NCBI RefSeq assembly: GCF_006345805.1
Contig: NC_043005.1
Span: 94,860,001-94,924,000, forward strand
Length of the DNA stretch: 64,000 nucleotides
From: Octopus sinensis
Lineage: Eukaryota
Direction: 5' to 3'
Position 1 is the stretch's first letter. The number at the start of each line of letters is the position of its first letter. The position numbers and the translations under genes are program-made. Shown here in pieces: positions 12,719-27,142 of the stretch. Under the pieces are notes generated by a model. That model had not been told where the DNA came from. It was given only the letters and a program-made list of their open reading frames with translations, and searched no databases.

Positions 12719-12890
12719 GCATGCTTAGCTGCAGTTCGTCCGTCTCTACGGATTCCGCCGCGGTCGACTTTATCTTTTATCTCTTTCGGGGACGATGAGA
12801 TAAGTACCAATCAAGCACTGGGGCCGATGTGATCAACTAGTCCCCTTCTCTGAACTTGTTGGTCTTATGCCAAAATTTGAAACCAATATC
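12719..12890 (+). mobile_element. tRNA-derived SINE, family 2 (Nin-like central domain), head partly deleted
   Basis: GTCGACTTT...TTTCGGGG..GAT..ATAAGTACCA...TGGGG.CGATGT core, shared with 14447-14646, 45113-45335 and 50999-51180. Confidence 0.7.
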
Positions 12891-13854
12891 TGCTCTGAGA
12901 GTTGTGTTACAGATGCTACGAAACACTGTTTTTCATAGAATATTTACTATACGGACTAGGGGTTATTATTGTAGATTGAATGAATATTTGTATGGTATAT
13001 GGGGCTCATTCATTTGTATATGAGTTAAATTTACAGTCACTATCTTTCAACGTGTCCCTTGTATTGTTTCATCATTCGTGGCACTAATGGAAGATGAGGG
13101 ACGTACCACCCGGTTTACTTCATCAATCTGTGCTCAGTTTTAAAAATTAAGCATACAGTTCCACAAGCTTTACACCGACTGAATGTGAAAATATCTTCCT
13201 TTCATTGGCGAGGACTATGTCTAATTATTCTTTTGATGGCATAAGAAAACCTAAACCCTCCTACTTTGCTTTTGGATGCGGAATTTCATTAAGAGCAGAT
13301 TTCTTCTCGGCCAGTTGTTTCATGTTCCGTGTCTACCTGTCGTTAAAGGGGATGGGGTATCATAATAAACCGCGCAACTTTTTTTTCAACCTCTTGTTCA
13401 TTTTGTAATGTTGTGCTTTGCTATTGCTGTCATAGTTGTTTGCTGTATCGTTATGAATGTTCGAGTTAACGTCACCTTTTCCTATAAAAAGAAAAAATCA
13501 TTATTTTTTTTTTTTTTGCCTTGTATACGTTCTGCTGAGTAATTTAATTTATATTCTCTTTTTGTTTGTTTTCTGTGCAGTTGTATTTAGTTAAATTTCT
13601 CTGTGGGCGTTTTCTTTCTAGCTGGTGGCCATCTTAGGTTGAATGTAAACACAATAAAATTATATTTAATATGTTCAAAATGACAGACTTTGCTTCTCTC
13701 GTAACATCAGAGAAACGTCCATAGTTGTTGTTTTAGTTGAAAATATTCTAAAATATTTTTTCGTTATTATGTTTGTTAAAAATCTAAAATTTAATATCTA
13801 AAAACAGTCGTATATCCGTTTACGTTAGACAGCAGCTGCAGTAACAACAACTAA

Positions 13855-14015
<161 letters not shown>

Positions 14016-14425
14016 GATGCAGTACCAGGCAGTGGCTCTCATGGCTTCTGATCTTAACTGATTGGAAGTGTTATCATGTACATTGTTTTGTCTTGGTATA
14101 AAAGATGGGCTACAGCAAATATTCTGCTCAATACCACAGATTTGCTTGTCAGTTGTTTGACCTTAACCAGTTGAGCATGTCCCTTAGTGGCTGACGATAT
14201 GTGCATCTCTGATCACGAGCAGAAGTAGTGGGGGAGCATCATAGCCATGTGTTGAGAGGGATTCTTTGGGGTTTGAATAATTCACCTCTGGAAACATGGG
14301 TGGTTCTTTCAACATCCTTAAACAACCCTTATTCAGGGACCTTTTGAGCGGGATGAGCTACTCAACCTGAAGAAAATTCTAACTGGGCCCCACCTGCAAG
14401 GTCAGGTGCTGTTTATCTTGATTCG
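14016..14425 (+). mobile_element. Non-coding interspersed repeat (family E here) with a fixed terminus at a trinucleotide array
   Basis: Near-identical over about 300 bp to 46857-47163 in the opposite orientation. Both copies end at TGATGCAGTACCAGGCAGTGGC directly against TAA/TAC repeats. No ORF. The true orientation is inferred. Confidence 0.75.
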
Positions 14426-14446
14426 ACCAGTTCATCGCCTTAATGA

Positions 14447-14646
14447 TAGTAATAATCCTTTCTACTATAGGCACAAGGCCTGAAATTTGTGGTAGGGGAA
14501 TAGTCGATTACATCGGCCCCAGTGTTGCACTGGTACTTAATCTATCGACCCCGAAAGGATGAAAGACCTCGGTGGAATTTGAGCTCAATACGTAGCGACG
14601 GGCGAAATACCGATAACCATTTCGTCCAGCGTGCTAACGATTCGGG
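14447..14646 (-). mobile_element. tRNA-derived SINE, family 2
   Basis: Homologous to 45113-45335 (ATCGACCCCGAAAGGATGAAAG...GGAATTTGA.CTCA...GTGCTA.CG on the + strand). Confidence 0.8.
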
Positions 14647-14695
14647 AGCACACGTCTGAATTATAACAATGATAATAATGATAATAATAATAATA

Positions 14696-15596
<901 letters not shown>

Positions 15597-15627
15597 TAAT
15601 AATAATAATGATGATGATGATGATGAT

Positions 15628-18172
15628 GCAAATACAGCATCACAGAAAAAGATTTATTAGAGATAAAAGAAAAGCTAAACAAAACAAACAGCTCAACTCC
15701 AACCCCAAAAAGTTCTACCAAGAACTTGGCAAAAATAAAATAGACATCACTGCAGCACCAACGGCAGAAGTGGAAGAATTCTGGAAAGAAATATGGTCGG
15801 AGAATGAACCACCAAAAAAAAAAGGAGTATTAAAACAACAAACTTAGCATCTGAGCAACTTTGGACCCCCATAACAACTGAAGAGGTCACCCAGGAACTG
15901 CAAAGACTAAGCAACTGGAAGGCACCTGGGCATGACAAGATCCCCAACTTCTGGTTGAAATATCTGACATGAATGCAGAAAAAGCTGGCTGAAAACTTTA
16001 ACAACATACTGGCAGAGCCAGAGACAATGCCTGAATGGCTCACGAAGGGGAAAACCTTCTTAATTCCCAAATCCAATAAGACAGCAAAACCAGAAAACTA
16101 CAGACCTATAACCTGTCTCCCTACAATGTACAAAGCATTTGCTGCAGTAATATCACAAAGATTGAACAAGCACACGGACGAAAACAACCTGTTTTCAGAA
16201 GAGCAGAAAGGATGCCGCAAAGGCTCATATGGCTGTAAAGATCAACTAATGATCAACAAAGCCATTACTGAAGACAACCACAGAAAGAAGAAAGGCCTCA
16301 GTATGGCCTGGATCGACTACAGAAAGGCGTTTGATAGCATCCCCCACACATGGATCCACGAAACACTAGTCATTAACAAAGTAGCACCAACAATTATAAA
16401 ATACATAGGACACTCTCTGAATAAATGGCAAACAAAAGAGGGACTCATGAAAACCAAAGCCATTCCCATTAGAAGAGGAATTTTCCAGGGAGACACGCTC
16501 TCTCTACTCCTTTTCTGCTTGGCACTGTCACCTCTATCTGATATCCTAAATAGAACTGGATGCGGATATAAATGTTACGGCAAAACGATCAGCCACCTTT
16601 TATATATGGATGACCTAAAACTATACGCTGCAAATGACAAACAGCTGGAAACATTATTAAAGACAGTTCATGGATTTACCAAAGAAATAGATATGAAATT
16701 TGGATTAGAAAAATGCACCAAAGTAACGCTGAAAAAAGGAAAACTAGTTAAGAGTAGCAACATCACACTAGATAAAACCAATGAAATAAGATAATTAGAC
16801 CAAAGCCAAACTGACAAATACTTAGGAATCCATGAACTAGATAAGACACAACATACACAAATGAAAAAGAAAATAAAAAAAGAATATTATAGACGAGTTA
16901 GATCAATACTAAAAACAAGATAATAAGTATTAACACTTTAGCCGTCCCAGTTATAAGTTACAGCAACAATATTCTTAACTGGACACTAAATGAACTGACC
17001 AAAATAGATAGGAAAACAAGAAAAATAATGACAGGATCTAGGATGCATCACCCAAAATCTGACATAGAAAGACTATATATACAACGTATAGAAGGTGGTA
17101 GAGGCCTTATACAGCTGGAAACTACTATAAAATAACCACCATAGGACTGCAAAAATATCTACTTCAGAAGGAAGGAAAACTGATACAAATAGCAGCAAAA
17201 CAGGAGCAAAACAAAAAAAACTGTTCTCAGTATTTAAGGAAGCTGACAAATACGAACAAGAAATCATACCACCTAACAAATGTGAAGAAGAAGAAGAAGA
17301 TGAAGAAACAACAAAAGCTATAAAAGGAATGAAATCCAAACTAAAACTAGAACAGCAACGAACCATGATAAAACGATGGCAAGAAAAGCCCCTTCATGGC
17401 AAATACTGGACTAAACTAAATGCAAAAGAAATAGACAAAGAAAAATCCCAACACTGGTTGAGAAGCTCAGGACTCAAAGCAGAGACAGAGGGATTTTTAA
17501 TTGCAGCACAAGACCAAAGCCTCCTCACCAGAAATTATCAAAAACGTGTAATGAAAAGAAATATAACAAGTAACTGCAGAATATGTGGAGATGGACAAGA
17601 AACACTAAATCATATTATCTCTGGCTGCCCAGTCCTGGCTAAGAAGGAATATATTCACAGACACGACAGAGTTGGGACCCACATACACTGGAAGCTATGC
17701 CGACATTATGGAATAACAACAGAAAAAAGATGGTATAGGCACCCACCAGAAAAGGTCACAGAAAACAAGAAAGCAACCATACTCTGTAAGGCCAACAGAC
17801 CAGATATAGTTGTCAGAGATCATGAAGAAAAAATGCTTTCTAATTGATGTATCAATACCAGCAGATGACAACGTGTCTCTAAAAGAAATGGAGAAACTTT
17901 CAAAATACAAAGACCTGGAAATAGAGGTAACTAGAATGTGGAATCTAAAAACCGAAACAATTCCTATCATAGTAGGAGCATTAGGCATGATAAAAAATAT
18001 TCAGACAAATACATAACAAAAACACCAGGACTTACAAACACATATAACATACAGAAAATTACACTACTAGGCACTGCACACATCCTACGCAGAATACTTT
18101 CAATACAGTAACCATCAGAGCATCACTGCGCTCAGTAGTGAAGTGAAAGCACGCTATAAAAATAAAACTACT
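15628..18172 (+). mobile_element. R4/Dong-like RLE LINE, family B, 5'-truncated and degenerate
   Basis: RT motifs KAPGHDKI, NYRPITCL, WIDYRKAFDSIPH, GIFQGDTLS and HLLYMDDLKLY; CRICGDGQETLNHIISGC finger; NRPDIVV..LIDVSIP..EKLSKY endonuclease. The short 3' UTR joins directly to (AAT)n. Confidence 0.93.
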
Positions 18173-18195
18173 GAATAATAATAATAATAATAATA

Positions 18196-18253
<58 letters not shown>

Positions 18254-18254
18254 C

Positions 18255-18321
<67 letters not shown>

Positions 18322-18324
<3 letters not shown>

Positions 18325-18725
18325 TGTGGTGGTGGTCAAGTTGCATCACATATGCTATACAGTTGATGTTGCATGCTCTTTTGACCCACGAATAGCCAAG
18401 AAGGAAGGCGAAAAGATAAATAGATACAACCCTCCTAATTACGAAATAGGCCCGCTATGGAAAATGAAGAAGGTGAAGATAGTGCCAAGGGTCCTTGGGA
18501 ACAGTATCAGAAGGCATCAAGATGAATATAAAGGAAACTGAAATAGAGTGCCCAACAGAAGTGTTACAAAAGTTTTGCCTCCTTGGCATGGCCAGAATAA
18601 CCAGGCAAGTATTAGATAGCTGAAAAGAACGAATAAAATGGTACCGTAGACTGAAGTTAGTAAGCCTGCTACGCCTGCAAGACTCCAGGACCTCCAACAA
18701 AATCTGTGATGAAGAGAACAAAAAA
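18322..18725 (+). mobile_element. R4/Dong-like RLE LINE, family C, 3' fragment
   Basis: Translates to CYTVDVACSFDPRIAKKEGEKINRY...WKMKKVKIVP...VLQKFCLLGMARITRQVLDS*, the typical RLE C-terminus. It is flanked by (TAA)n and its 3' UTR differs from families A and B. Confidence 0.8.
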
Positions 18726-20041
18726 TAATAATAATGATCAGTATTATTATTACTATTGTTATTATTATTATTATTATTATTATTAAAGTGTCAGTACTAA
18801 AAGCTACGGTCGATAAATTAAGTACCGTTACAAGTAGAAGAGTTGATTTTATCGATTACACCTCATCCGCCTGGTTTGTGATCTTGTGTCTGTTAAAATA
18901 ATTATTTTGACAAAAGAGACAGCTTTAGTCATAAATATGTTTTAAATCTTCACTCCTATCCTTTGCCTAATATCAGTTAGAAAGTAAAAGTCAAAAAAGA
19001 AAAATGACAAACAGAAATGTCAGTTAAATCCCCCCCCCCTACCCGGAAGCATTGACAGTTATTTCATATTCACATGCTCTGAACTATTGTTAATTATTTA
19101 ATTCTCCCAGTTTTCCCTCTATTTCCACCCAAAATGCATCGACTTTTTCATTTTTATTTTACACATGCGCGCGCAGTAGTACACGCACAAACACACGTTC
19201 ACACACAAGCACTTCTCTTTCTCTTCTCAACATCCTAACCGCTTTTTCTTCCTCCCTTCGTTGTAGTCTCTCCTTGTATCTCTTTTAACAGTTCTCAATT
19301 ACTTCGAAGGACCTCCTATAAATGCAAATTGCATTTAATATTATTATTGTTTCCCTAGAACGGCTTCTCCCCAGAGCTTCTAACCCACGCACACATTTTC
19401 TCCAGCGTCTAATCTTCCAGCGATTCAAACAGAACATTAATCAATCAAACCTTACCCCGTGATCCCTATCATCCTGTCTTACATAATTCAACCGCCCAAT
19501 CAAAGATGATCTCAAAGTTATCTTAACAAAAAATATTTGCATCATTTCCGTAAGCGAATAGATTCAAATTCTTCTCCCTACTTCTAACCTCTTTCAGGTC
19601 TTTTTAGAAGGACTTGAACCACAAAACATTAATATAACACTATTTAATTATATAGTACACCTACCTATTGATGAGTTCTGCCTTTACATTAAAACTGACG
19701 AAGCCATTGTGTGATCATTCGACCAAACAAAAATAACAGCCACATCCTTCGCAAATCATACCTTACTGCTTTAAAAAGAGCAATAGATATTAGGCGATGT
19801 TTTCATAAAGGTGTGATTGTCGCGGTTGGACACCTTTCGTCAAAGAACCGGAGAAGCAATAACGCAGAGGTCTTTGATCATGGCGTTTGATTATCGTTCC
19901 TTCAGTACCAGTTTACTTGTATCATTTTGACATTGGAACCAGCTCAATTCCCAGTATCGCCCCACTGTACCTGGGAAGCCTGCTCCGCAAAACACACACA
20001 CACACACACACACACACATAATATATATATATATATATATA

Positions 20042-20516
20042 CAGGGGTTGGACAAAATAATAGAAACACCAAGCCTCATAGCATAATAATTTTGAAATAT
20101 CTATAAAACCATCAAAAGCTTGTTTATTTTTGTTTTTTGATTTATTATCAGTGCTGTTTAATATGTTTTGCTAAAATTGCTGTTTCTTTTCAGATATTAT
20201 CAGAAAAAAGGTAATTAAAATTCATTAAAATGACACATTTATCGGACTTTCAAAGAGGTGAAATTGTTGGTGCTCGTATGGCAGGCGCTAGCATAACGAA
20301 AACAGTCGACAAGTTTAGTGTATCAAGAAGTACTGTCTCGAGAGTAATGACAGCCTTTGAGAAAGAGGGAAAAACCTCTTCGTCCAAACAAAACTCCGGA
20401 AGAAAACCAAAACTTTCAGACAGGGACCGTCGGACTCTTACTTGAATTGTTAGAAACGATCACAAAAGTACAGCTCCCAAAATTACTGCAGAACTTAAAT
20501 GACCACCTTGAGAACT
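20042..20516 (+). mobile_element. Tc1-like DNA transposon, left end and transposase N-terminus only
   Basis: TA followed by CAGGGGTTGGACAAAATAATAGAAACACC (Tc1-type TIR) inserted in (TA)n. ORF MTHLSDFQRGEIVGARMAGAS...SRSTVSRV...SGRKPKLSDRDRR is a paired-like HTH. It breaks off at about 20516 with no DDE domain. Confidence 0.88.
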
Positions 20517-21652
20517 TAGGGAGTCCTTTGTTATTTCAACCAAAGAAGGAAAAAAGAAGCTTATGAATCCATATAATAAAAATATGACCTATTTTTCCTT
20601 CACTTTTTCTACACACTCTGCTCCAAACGGAAGGCCTCCTTTTTTTTTCGTTTCAAATTAACGCACGTTTTCGTCCGAATGAATCCTAGTGACATGAACG
20701 CCATTGAAAACTTTGCAGCTGAAACAGTGAACGCTTTCCATAAAGCATAAAGCATAAACTTTATGCATTCGTTTGGAAATTTTTTATCTGCATTCTCACT
20801 CAGAGGACTTTTACTTAATAAGGCTAAACATATACCATATAGATTAGTTTTTGCAAACAAACATTCCTAACACCTAATATTTTACCCATTTTTATTATTA
20901 AAATGCTATTACAATGTATTTTGACACTTTTAGCCTATAGTATGACCAGGGATTTAGGCAGTATTTCTGCCTTTCCGACACATGTGATCTGGTTTTGTCA
21001 AAGTCTGCAAAATTAAACGAATTTAACATCTCTGATGTTCATAGTAAACTTTTCAGACTGTTTCCTACGGAAGAACATGGAAGACATACTCTCTCCATGA
21101 TAATATTCTGCTCTGATACAATTATGTTGGTGAAATTTTAACAGGTTTTAATGTTTTACTTCATTATTTTCATATCAGATAAAAACACCTCTGACTTTCA
21201 GGTCTGGAATTTACGAGGTCACTTGAGTTCTTGAAACTAAAAAGGATATGAGATCTTTTGGCTAAAATAAACTTACATCTCTTTGATACATTAACATATA
21301 GCGTGGATCGTTTCGCCATGCTACACTTGATGGTGTATGGTATCTTGGCCTTCAGATTCTATCAAACTATCTCTTTTCTCATTTCACTCTTTTCTTTTGC
21401 CCTCTCTTTCTTCTTCGTGTTTTGCCAAAGACCAGCGTCCCTACAGATTCTTTTTTTTTCCAGAAAATGGTAGCCATGCTGTATATTTGAGCCTGAAAGA
21501 TTGCTTGTAAACACGTAGAACGCTATACAAGGTTGTCATATCATCGTGTTTTCGTAGCATGAAACTCATAATAGCTCGAATTTAAATCTTGAGTGTATTA
21601 AATATTTATCTCTCACTGTTGATCCTACCACCAACGGAAGAGTGCATTATAT

Positions 21653-21713
<61 letters not shown>

Positions 21714-21778
21714 TAATAGTAGTGGTAAGACAACAAAAGAATGAAAGACACCTCTATATTATGTAAATAGAGGAATTT

Positions 21779-22006
21779 ATCTGTAAATGTAATATCTGAC
21801 AATTATTCGGTTGGTATAACAAACCTCCGAGTTTCGGATGTCGGGGTGGAAACCTGCACCGGCATCTCTTCAGTTATCAAGGCAATCAAAATATTTTGAT
21901 TACCTCGATAATAGAAGAGATGCCGGTGCCTGGTTTCTGCCCCGACATCCGAAACTCGGATTTTTATTATGGCAACCGAATAATTGTCACATATTATATT
22001 ACAGAT
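21779..22006. repeat. Fold-back (loopless inverted) dimer of an about 115-bp hammerhead-like, Penelope-pLTR-type repeat
   Basis: The arms are reverse complements about the centre CAAAAT|ATTTTG (21892/21893). A monomer of the same repeat lies at 39199-39308. Confidence 0.85.
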
Positions 22007-22675
22007 ATATATATATTTATATATATCATTCACTTGTCTAACGAGTGACATATATAACTATATAAATATGTGTGTATGCGCGCGTTACTGGTGTATTTTT
22101 TTAGAAACAATGGCTTAGCGGAGCAGCTTCTACACTTCGTTTATTGTGTTCACTGGAAATTTGGGTTCAAGCCCACCCATATGCACATACAGAGTAATAA
22201 TCTACCTCTCCTATTTCTCTTTCTTTCTCTCCTGTTTTCAGCATAAACAGAGCTATACATCTTTTCTATTTCCTTCTCCTCAAGAACATTAAAGTTTTTG
22301 TGACTAGTCAATGAAACAAAATAATATATAATATTCTTAATAATATAAAATAATAATACAAATTAATAATATATTCTGTTAGATAAAATACTATATAATG
22401 TTATATTGTATAATATTATTTCTTTGCGGTTTACGTATATAAGACTTTAAAAAACACCACTTTATCTATGCAAAGAAATGAAGGTAATCTATTGATTAAT
22501 GTATTATATTATTTATCGATCTGTACATCATACTTGATGTAAAAAACATTGCTGAAAGGCAAATTAAATGTACTGTTCGTCAAGAGATAACATCTTTCAT
22601 GGACGTACTTTGTTTTAAAGCATAATTTATTTTACGGAGGGAGACGAAAACCTTCCCAGCAGTGGTTAGCAAGAT

Positions 22676-22716
22676 CGCCAAATGCATTTCGGCCTATTTG
22701 AGCCTTATCAATGACA
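22676..22716 (-). ncRNA. Decayed minimal type I hammerhead ribozyme motif
   Basis: Minus strand reads TGTCA TTGATAA GGCT-caaata-GGCC GAAA TGCA TT TGGCG. All three stems can form and loop III is palindromic, but two core positions deviate from CUGAUGA. Confidence 0.45.
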
Positions 22717-22865
22717 TATAATCAGAGCCAGACAAATACCTAGAAAACATTCACTTGTATATTATTTATATTTAGTATTCGAAACACAGTTGATTATATA
22801 TGTATGTGTATATATATATATATATAATATATATATATATATTATATATATATATATATTATATA

Positions 22866-22923
<58 letters not shown>

Positions 22924-23094
22924 TCAATATAGGGTGGCAAAAAATTTTGTAGAATTTTTTTGCCACCAGCGGCCTAGTGGGAAAAAATTAAATAGTCATA
23001 GACCATTTTTAAGTTCAACATCATTTTGCGGTTGAAGCTTTGGCTGTTATTTCTAGTGGGTGAATGGCCTATTATGGCCGTTCCTTGATTGTGA

Positions 23095-23136
<42 letters not shown>

Positions 23137-23462
23137 CTCTGTACGTCCACTCAGTCATTGTTTGTTCGTTCGAAGCTCTAACTCTCCATGAATTTTATAT
23201 TTTAAAAATTTCTGGATGCTGCTGTCTTATGAAGTTTCTCTATATTGTCGTTAAAAGCAAGAAATAGTAATAAACAGTCCGACAACTGATGAGGTGTTGT
23301 CTTCCCTTGGTATTTTGTCCTGTACTTTTCTCGCGTGTGTTTACGTATTTTTCAGTCATTGGTGATGTCTTGTACACAATGTGTAATTTTTATTTTATTC
23401 ATTTATAATCGAACGCCGCACAGCCTTGACCATAGCAAGTTCTACATACATACATACATACA

Positions 23463-23520
<58 letters not shown>

Positions 23521-23581
23521 CGTGATCACTGTGACCGACCAGGCCTACACACACACGCACACACACACATACACACACACA

Positions 23582-23677
<96 letters not shown>

Positions 23678-26600
23678 CTGTCTACTCGTGGTCGAGGAAG
23701 ACCATCACTGACTATGCAAAGTGCCAGCAGTATTTGTGCATGCGATTATTACACCAGCAGTCGGCTCAACTATTGTGAAAAATAGGGAGAATGTAGCAAA
23801 ATCCTTATGAACTTTGCGGCTTATGGAATGAATGATAGGCATGAATTTATACTAATAACAATAAGCAACTTGGCATAAATTGAGTTGAATAAAGAGAGAA
23901 ATACTAAAGGCAAAAAAGCTTGAAAGGTTTTAGTCCTTGCTTCATGTCTTTATCACACTTGAACGAATATAGGCTCTTACCGTGCTTAATCCTTGGGGAA
24001 ATTGTATTGAATTTAAACCTGAGAATGCTCTTTTGGCATTTTTGAGTCACTTGCTATCAAGAAAACCTACATGGACCAATTGTTTTCGGTAGTGATCACA
24101 ATTATACCAGAACACAGTTCATTAGTCAAGTATCTGTTGAAAAGTAGGGCTTTGTGCAAAGAAATGGTGTCACAATACTTCAAAGACATTGTTTAATCAT
24201 GAAATACTGAAGACGTTCACATTGGCAGTTTAGTTGTGGCACAAAGGCCATTATTGACGGGAAATGTACCAATAATTGTTTTAAAAAAACATGATTTTTC
24301 GTCATTTTCTGTTGGCAAATAGGGTTTTGTGCATCACAAATGCGCTCATAACACTCTTTGTGCGGTGCTGCATTTTGTGACACCAAACACATCAAAATTG
24401 GCAACGAGATTAGAAGCAAATCCAAATATTGCCCGAAAATTATGCGACCTGGCTTTGTTTTTCGAGGTTATTTTGTAGTAAAAGAGAGTTGTGCAGAAAA
24501 TATACTTCATTTGGTAGCCGAAAGATTACTGAACCTTTTGATATCTCATTCGTCAAAATTGGCAACTCAGTTTTCGAATACATAAGGAACATACGCACCT
24601 CGCACAGACACACATACACAAACTCTGTTTTATACATAGGGATATATATTTAGAGGTTACTAACATTTTTTTAAAAGCCATAATTCAGTACACCAGCCAC
24701 AGCACTTTGCTCATTGCGGTCATTGGAACTATAGGCTCAAGCCCAATGTTAAGCACTTCCTTATGGTAGGAAAGCATATTAATAAATAAAGCGTATTAAG
24801 ACTTGTTAAAGCTTTACCAACGTAATATCATACCATAGCTAAATGATATTATAGACAGATTATATCTAATACGTTGTTCCATATGAAAAAGTATCTGAAG
24901 TGTTTACTATATATGTTATTCTTTCTAACACATTGTCAATAGTTTTAATCATGGAAGATTGGCTGTAACTCTTACGAGAGTGTATTAAGCTTTTTTTTTT
25001 TTTTTTGCAAAACGAAACCAACAAAGGATAACAATTTACAAAGTAGGGGCGGTGAGAGGTGTATAACAAAGAACAGACTTTTCAAAGATGTTCTCTCAAA
25101 ATACTACACCTTCAGTTTTTCTTTAACTCCAGAATCAGACGCTTCAGAATAAATACAATTGAAAAATAAATTATATATGTGATTGCACTCTATAAACTTC
25201 CATAAATCTTTTGTTACACAAATACATAATATAATTTTCAAATATGTTCTATCTTCACACTGCATCTTCAGTATTATCTTTGTGAACTTCATACAAAATC
25301 TAGACTCAAACGCTCCAGAAAAAATATAATTTTAAAATTAATTATGTATGCCATTGTCTCTAGTAAACTTCCAGAATATCTTTATACAAACATTTAATTA
25401 GGAATATAGTTTTCAAAGATGTTCTGCCCTAAAACTGCACCCTAGCGTCTTCAGTAGTGCCTATATGAACTGTTCAGTATCTCCATAATCAAATACTTTA
25501 GAAAAAAAAAAAACCATTTTCAAAATAATCTATTTGATCTAACAAGTGGACTCCCTTAGCGAAAGAGTTAAGGGAGGTAATCATTTCTTTCTACTCTTTG
25601 ACAGGATTAGGAGTTTGAATTTGAAATTAGGAAGAAAATGCAGCGAATATAATTGTTTTATTTGTCTTTTTCCTTTTGCTTACTCATTGGGAATATCTGA
25701 AAATTTAAATCTTAGGCAATCATGTACACCATTTTATTCACTTTAGAAATCACCAGCATGACATAACTCAAAGTAAACATTTTATATGAAGCGTGACATT
25801 TCTTATTGATGAAATTTATTTACAATCTAAAAGTAATTCATGGAATGATTTTTCTTGACTTTTTCTTTTCCATTTTCTTTTCCTTCAAAGAACGATAGTA
25901 TTTCAGCAATTGAGAGGGAAGAGCGGGGAAGTTCTTAGTGTCTAAACTGTATTCAAGGAATTCTACTTTGCGAAGGTGTTCTTATAGTAAATAGTGTTAT
26001 AATTTTAACTCCAAACGAAACCCACAAGCTGTTTTCGATATCTTCTTTCAGATGTTGATATGGTTCAAACTGCTACTTCGTAGTCATACCCGTAGTCATA
26101 GGACATCTCTTCATAGACGTAACGCCTTGATCTTCCGTCAGCAGTTTGGCTGAATCCTTTTAAATTCACAGAGATTTTTCAAACACATGAAGTCCCTTAG
26201 CGGAGAGCTTGTTTAAGGGAGATAATCATGTCTTCATAATATTTGGTGGGATTAGAAGTGTGAACTAAAATTCAAACTTTCTCTTTCTTCTCCATCGATT
26301 AAAAAATAAGAAAATAAACTTTCCAAATAACTGTCTAATATACAATAGCTACAGGTAATATTTCATTATCTAAATGCACTAAGTTGACATCCTACTCTAA
26401 CACCAAAATGCAAGTTTGGGCTCAGAGATATAAGCTTTGATAATGATGTCTTATTTACTGTCAAAACGGGATGAAGAGAGTAAGTAGTGAAAAGTGGTCA
26501 CCGCAAAGTGGGGGAGAGACGTCATTATACTAAGTAGGAAAGGTGTGTCATCAAGCTGGAAAAGGAAAGGCATTGTAAGTGGAGAGAAAAATAGGAACAG

Positions 26601-27103
26601 GTGAGTTTGGTCAATAATAAACGAGATCATGGGAATTTGAAACGTCTGTCATTGTTCCGGTAACGAAACATCTCTGAAATGTCTTTCTCTTTCTGTCTAC
26701 TTGACTGTCTTTCTCTCTGTCTGTCTCCCCCTCTCTGTCTGTCTGTCTGTCTGTGTGCTCGTCTCTCTCTCTCTCACACACACACACGCGCAGTTCCAAT
26801 TTTCTTTCGCTCTTTCTCTCTTTTCTTCTTTCTCTCTTTCTTACTATCTCCGCAAATCAATTCCATGGATAGGGAGTTTTTGTTTATTTTTGTATGTTAG
26901 CACTTTGCTTATGACGCAACACCATCGACGAGAAACGAAACTTGAGCTACTTCAGCTGAAAGATCGTTCATTTTTTTCTTTCTTACTTTCTTTCCTTTTC
27001 GGCCATTGCGACTCCACGCTCTGCCGGTAAAATATGTCGGAGTCAAGGAAGACTGAGTACAAAGAAACATCAACATTTCATTTTAATTGAAATCTTTGTT
27101 AGT

Positions 27104-27142
<39 letters not shown>

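Noticed and set aside
22933-22967. Hairpin GGTGGCAAAAAA...TTTTTTGCCACC
   Set aside because: An isolated stem inside a TA-flanked repeat fragment, half of it homopolymer, with no second copy or functional context.
24040-24600. Possible decayed transposase-like coding remnant
   Set aside because: No frame gave an identifiable motif by eye.
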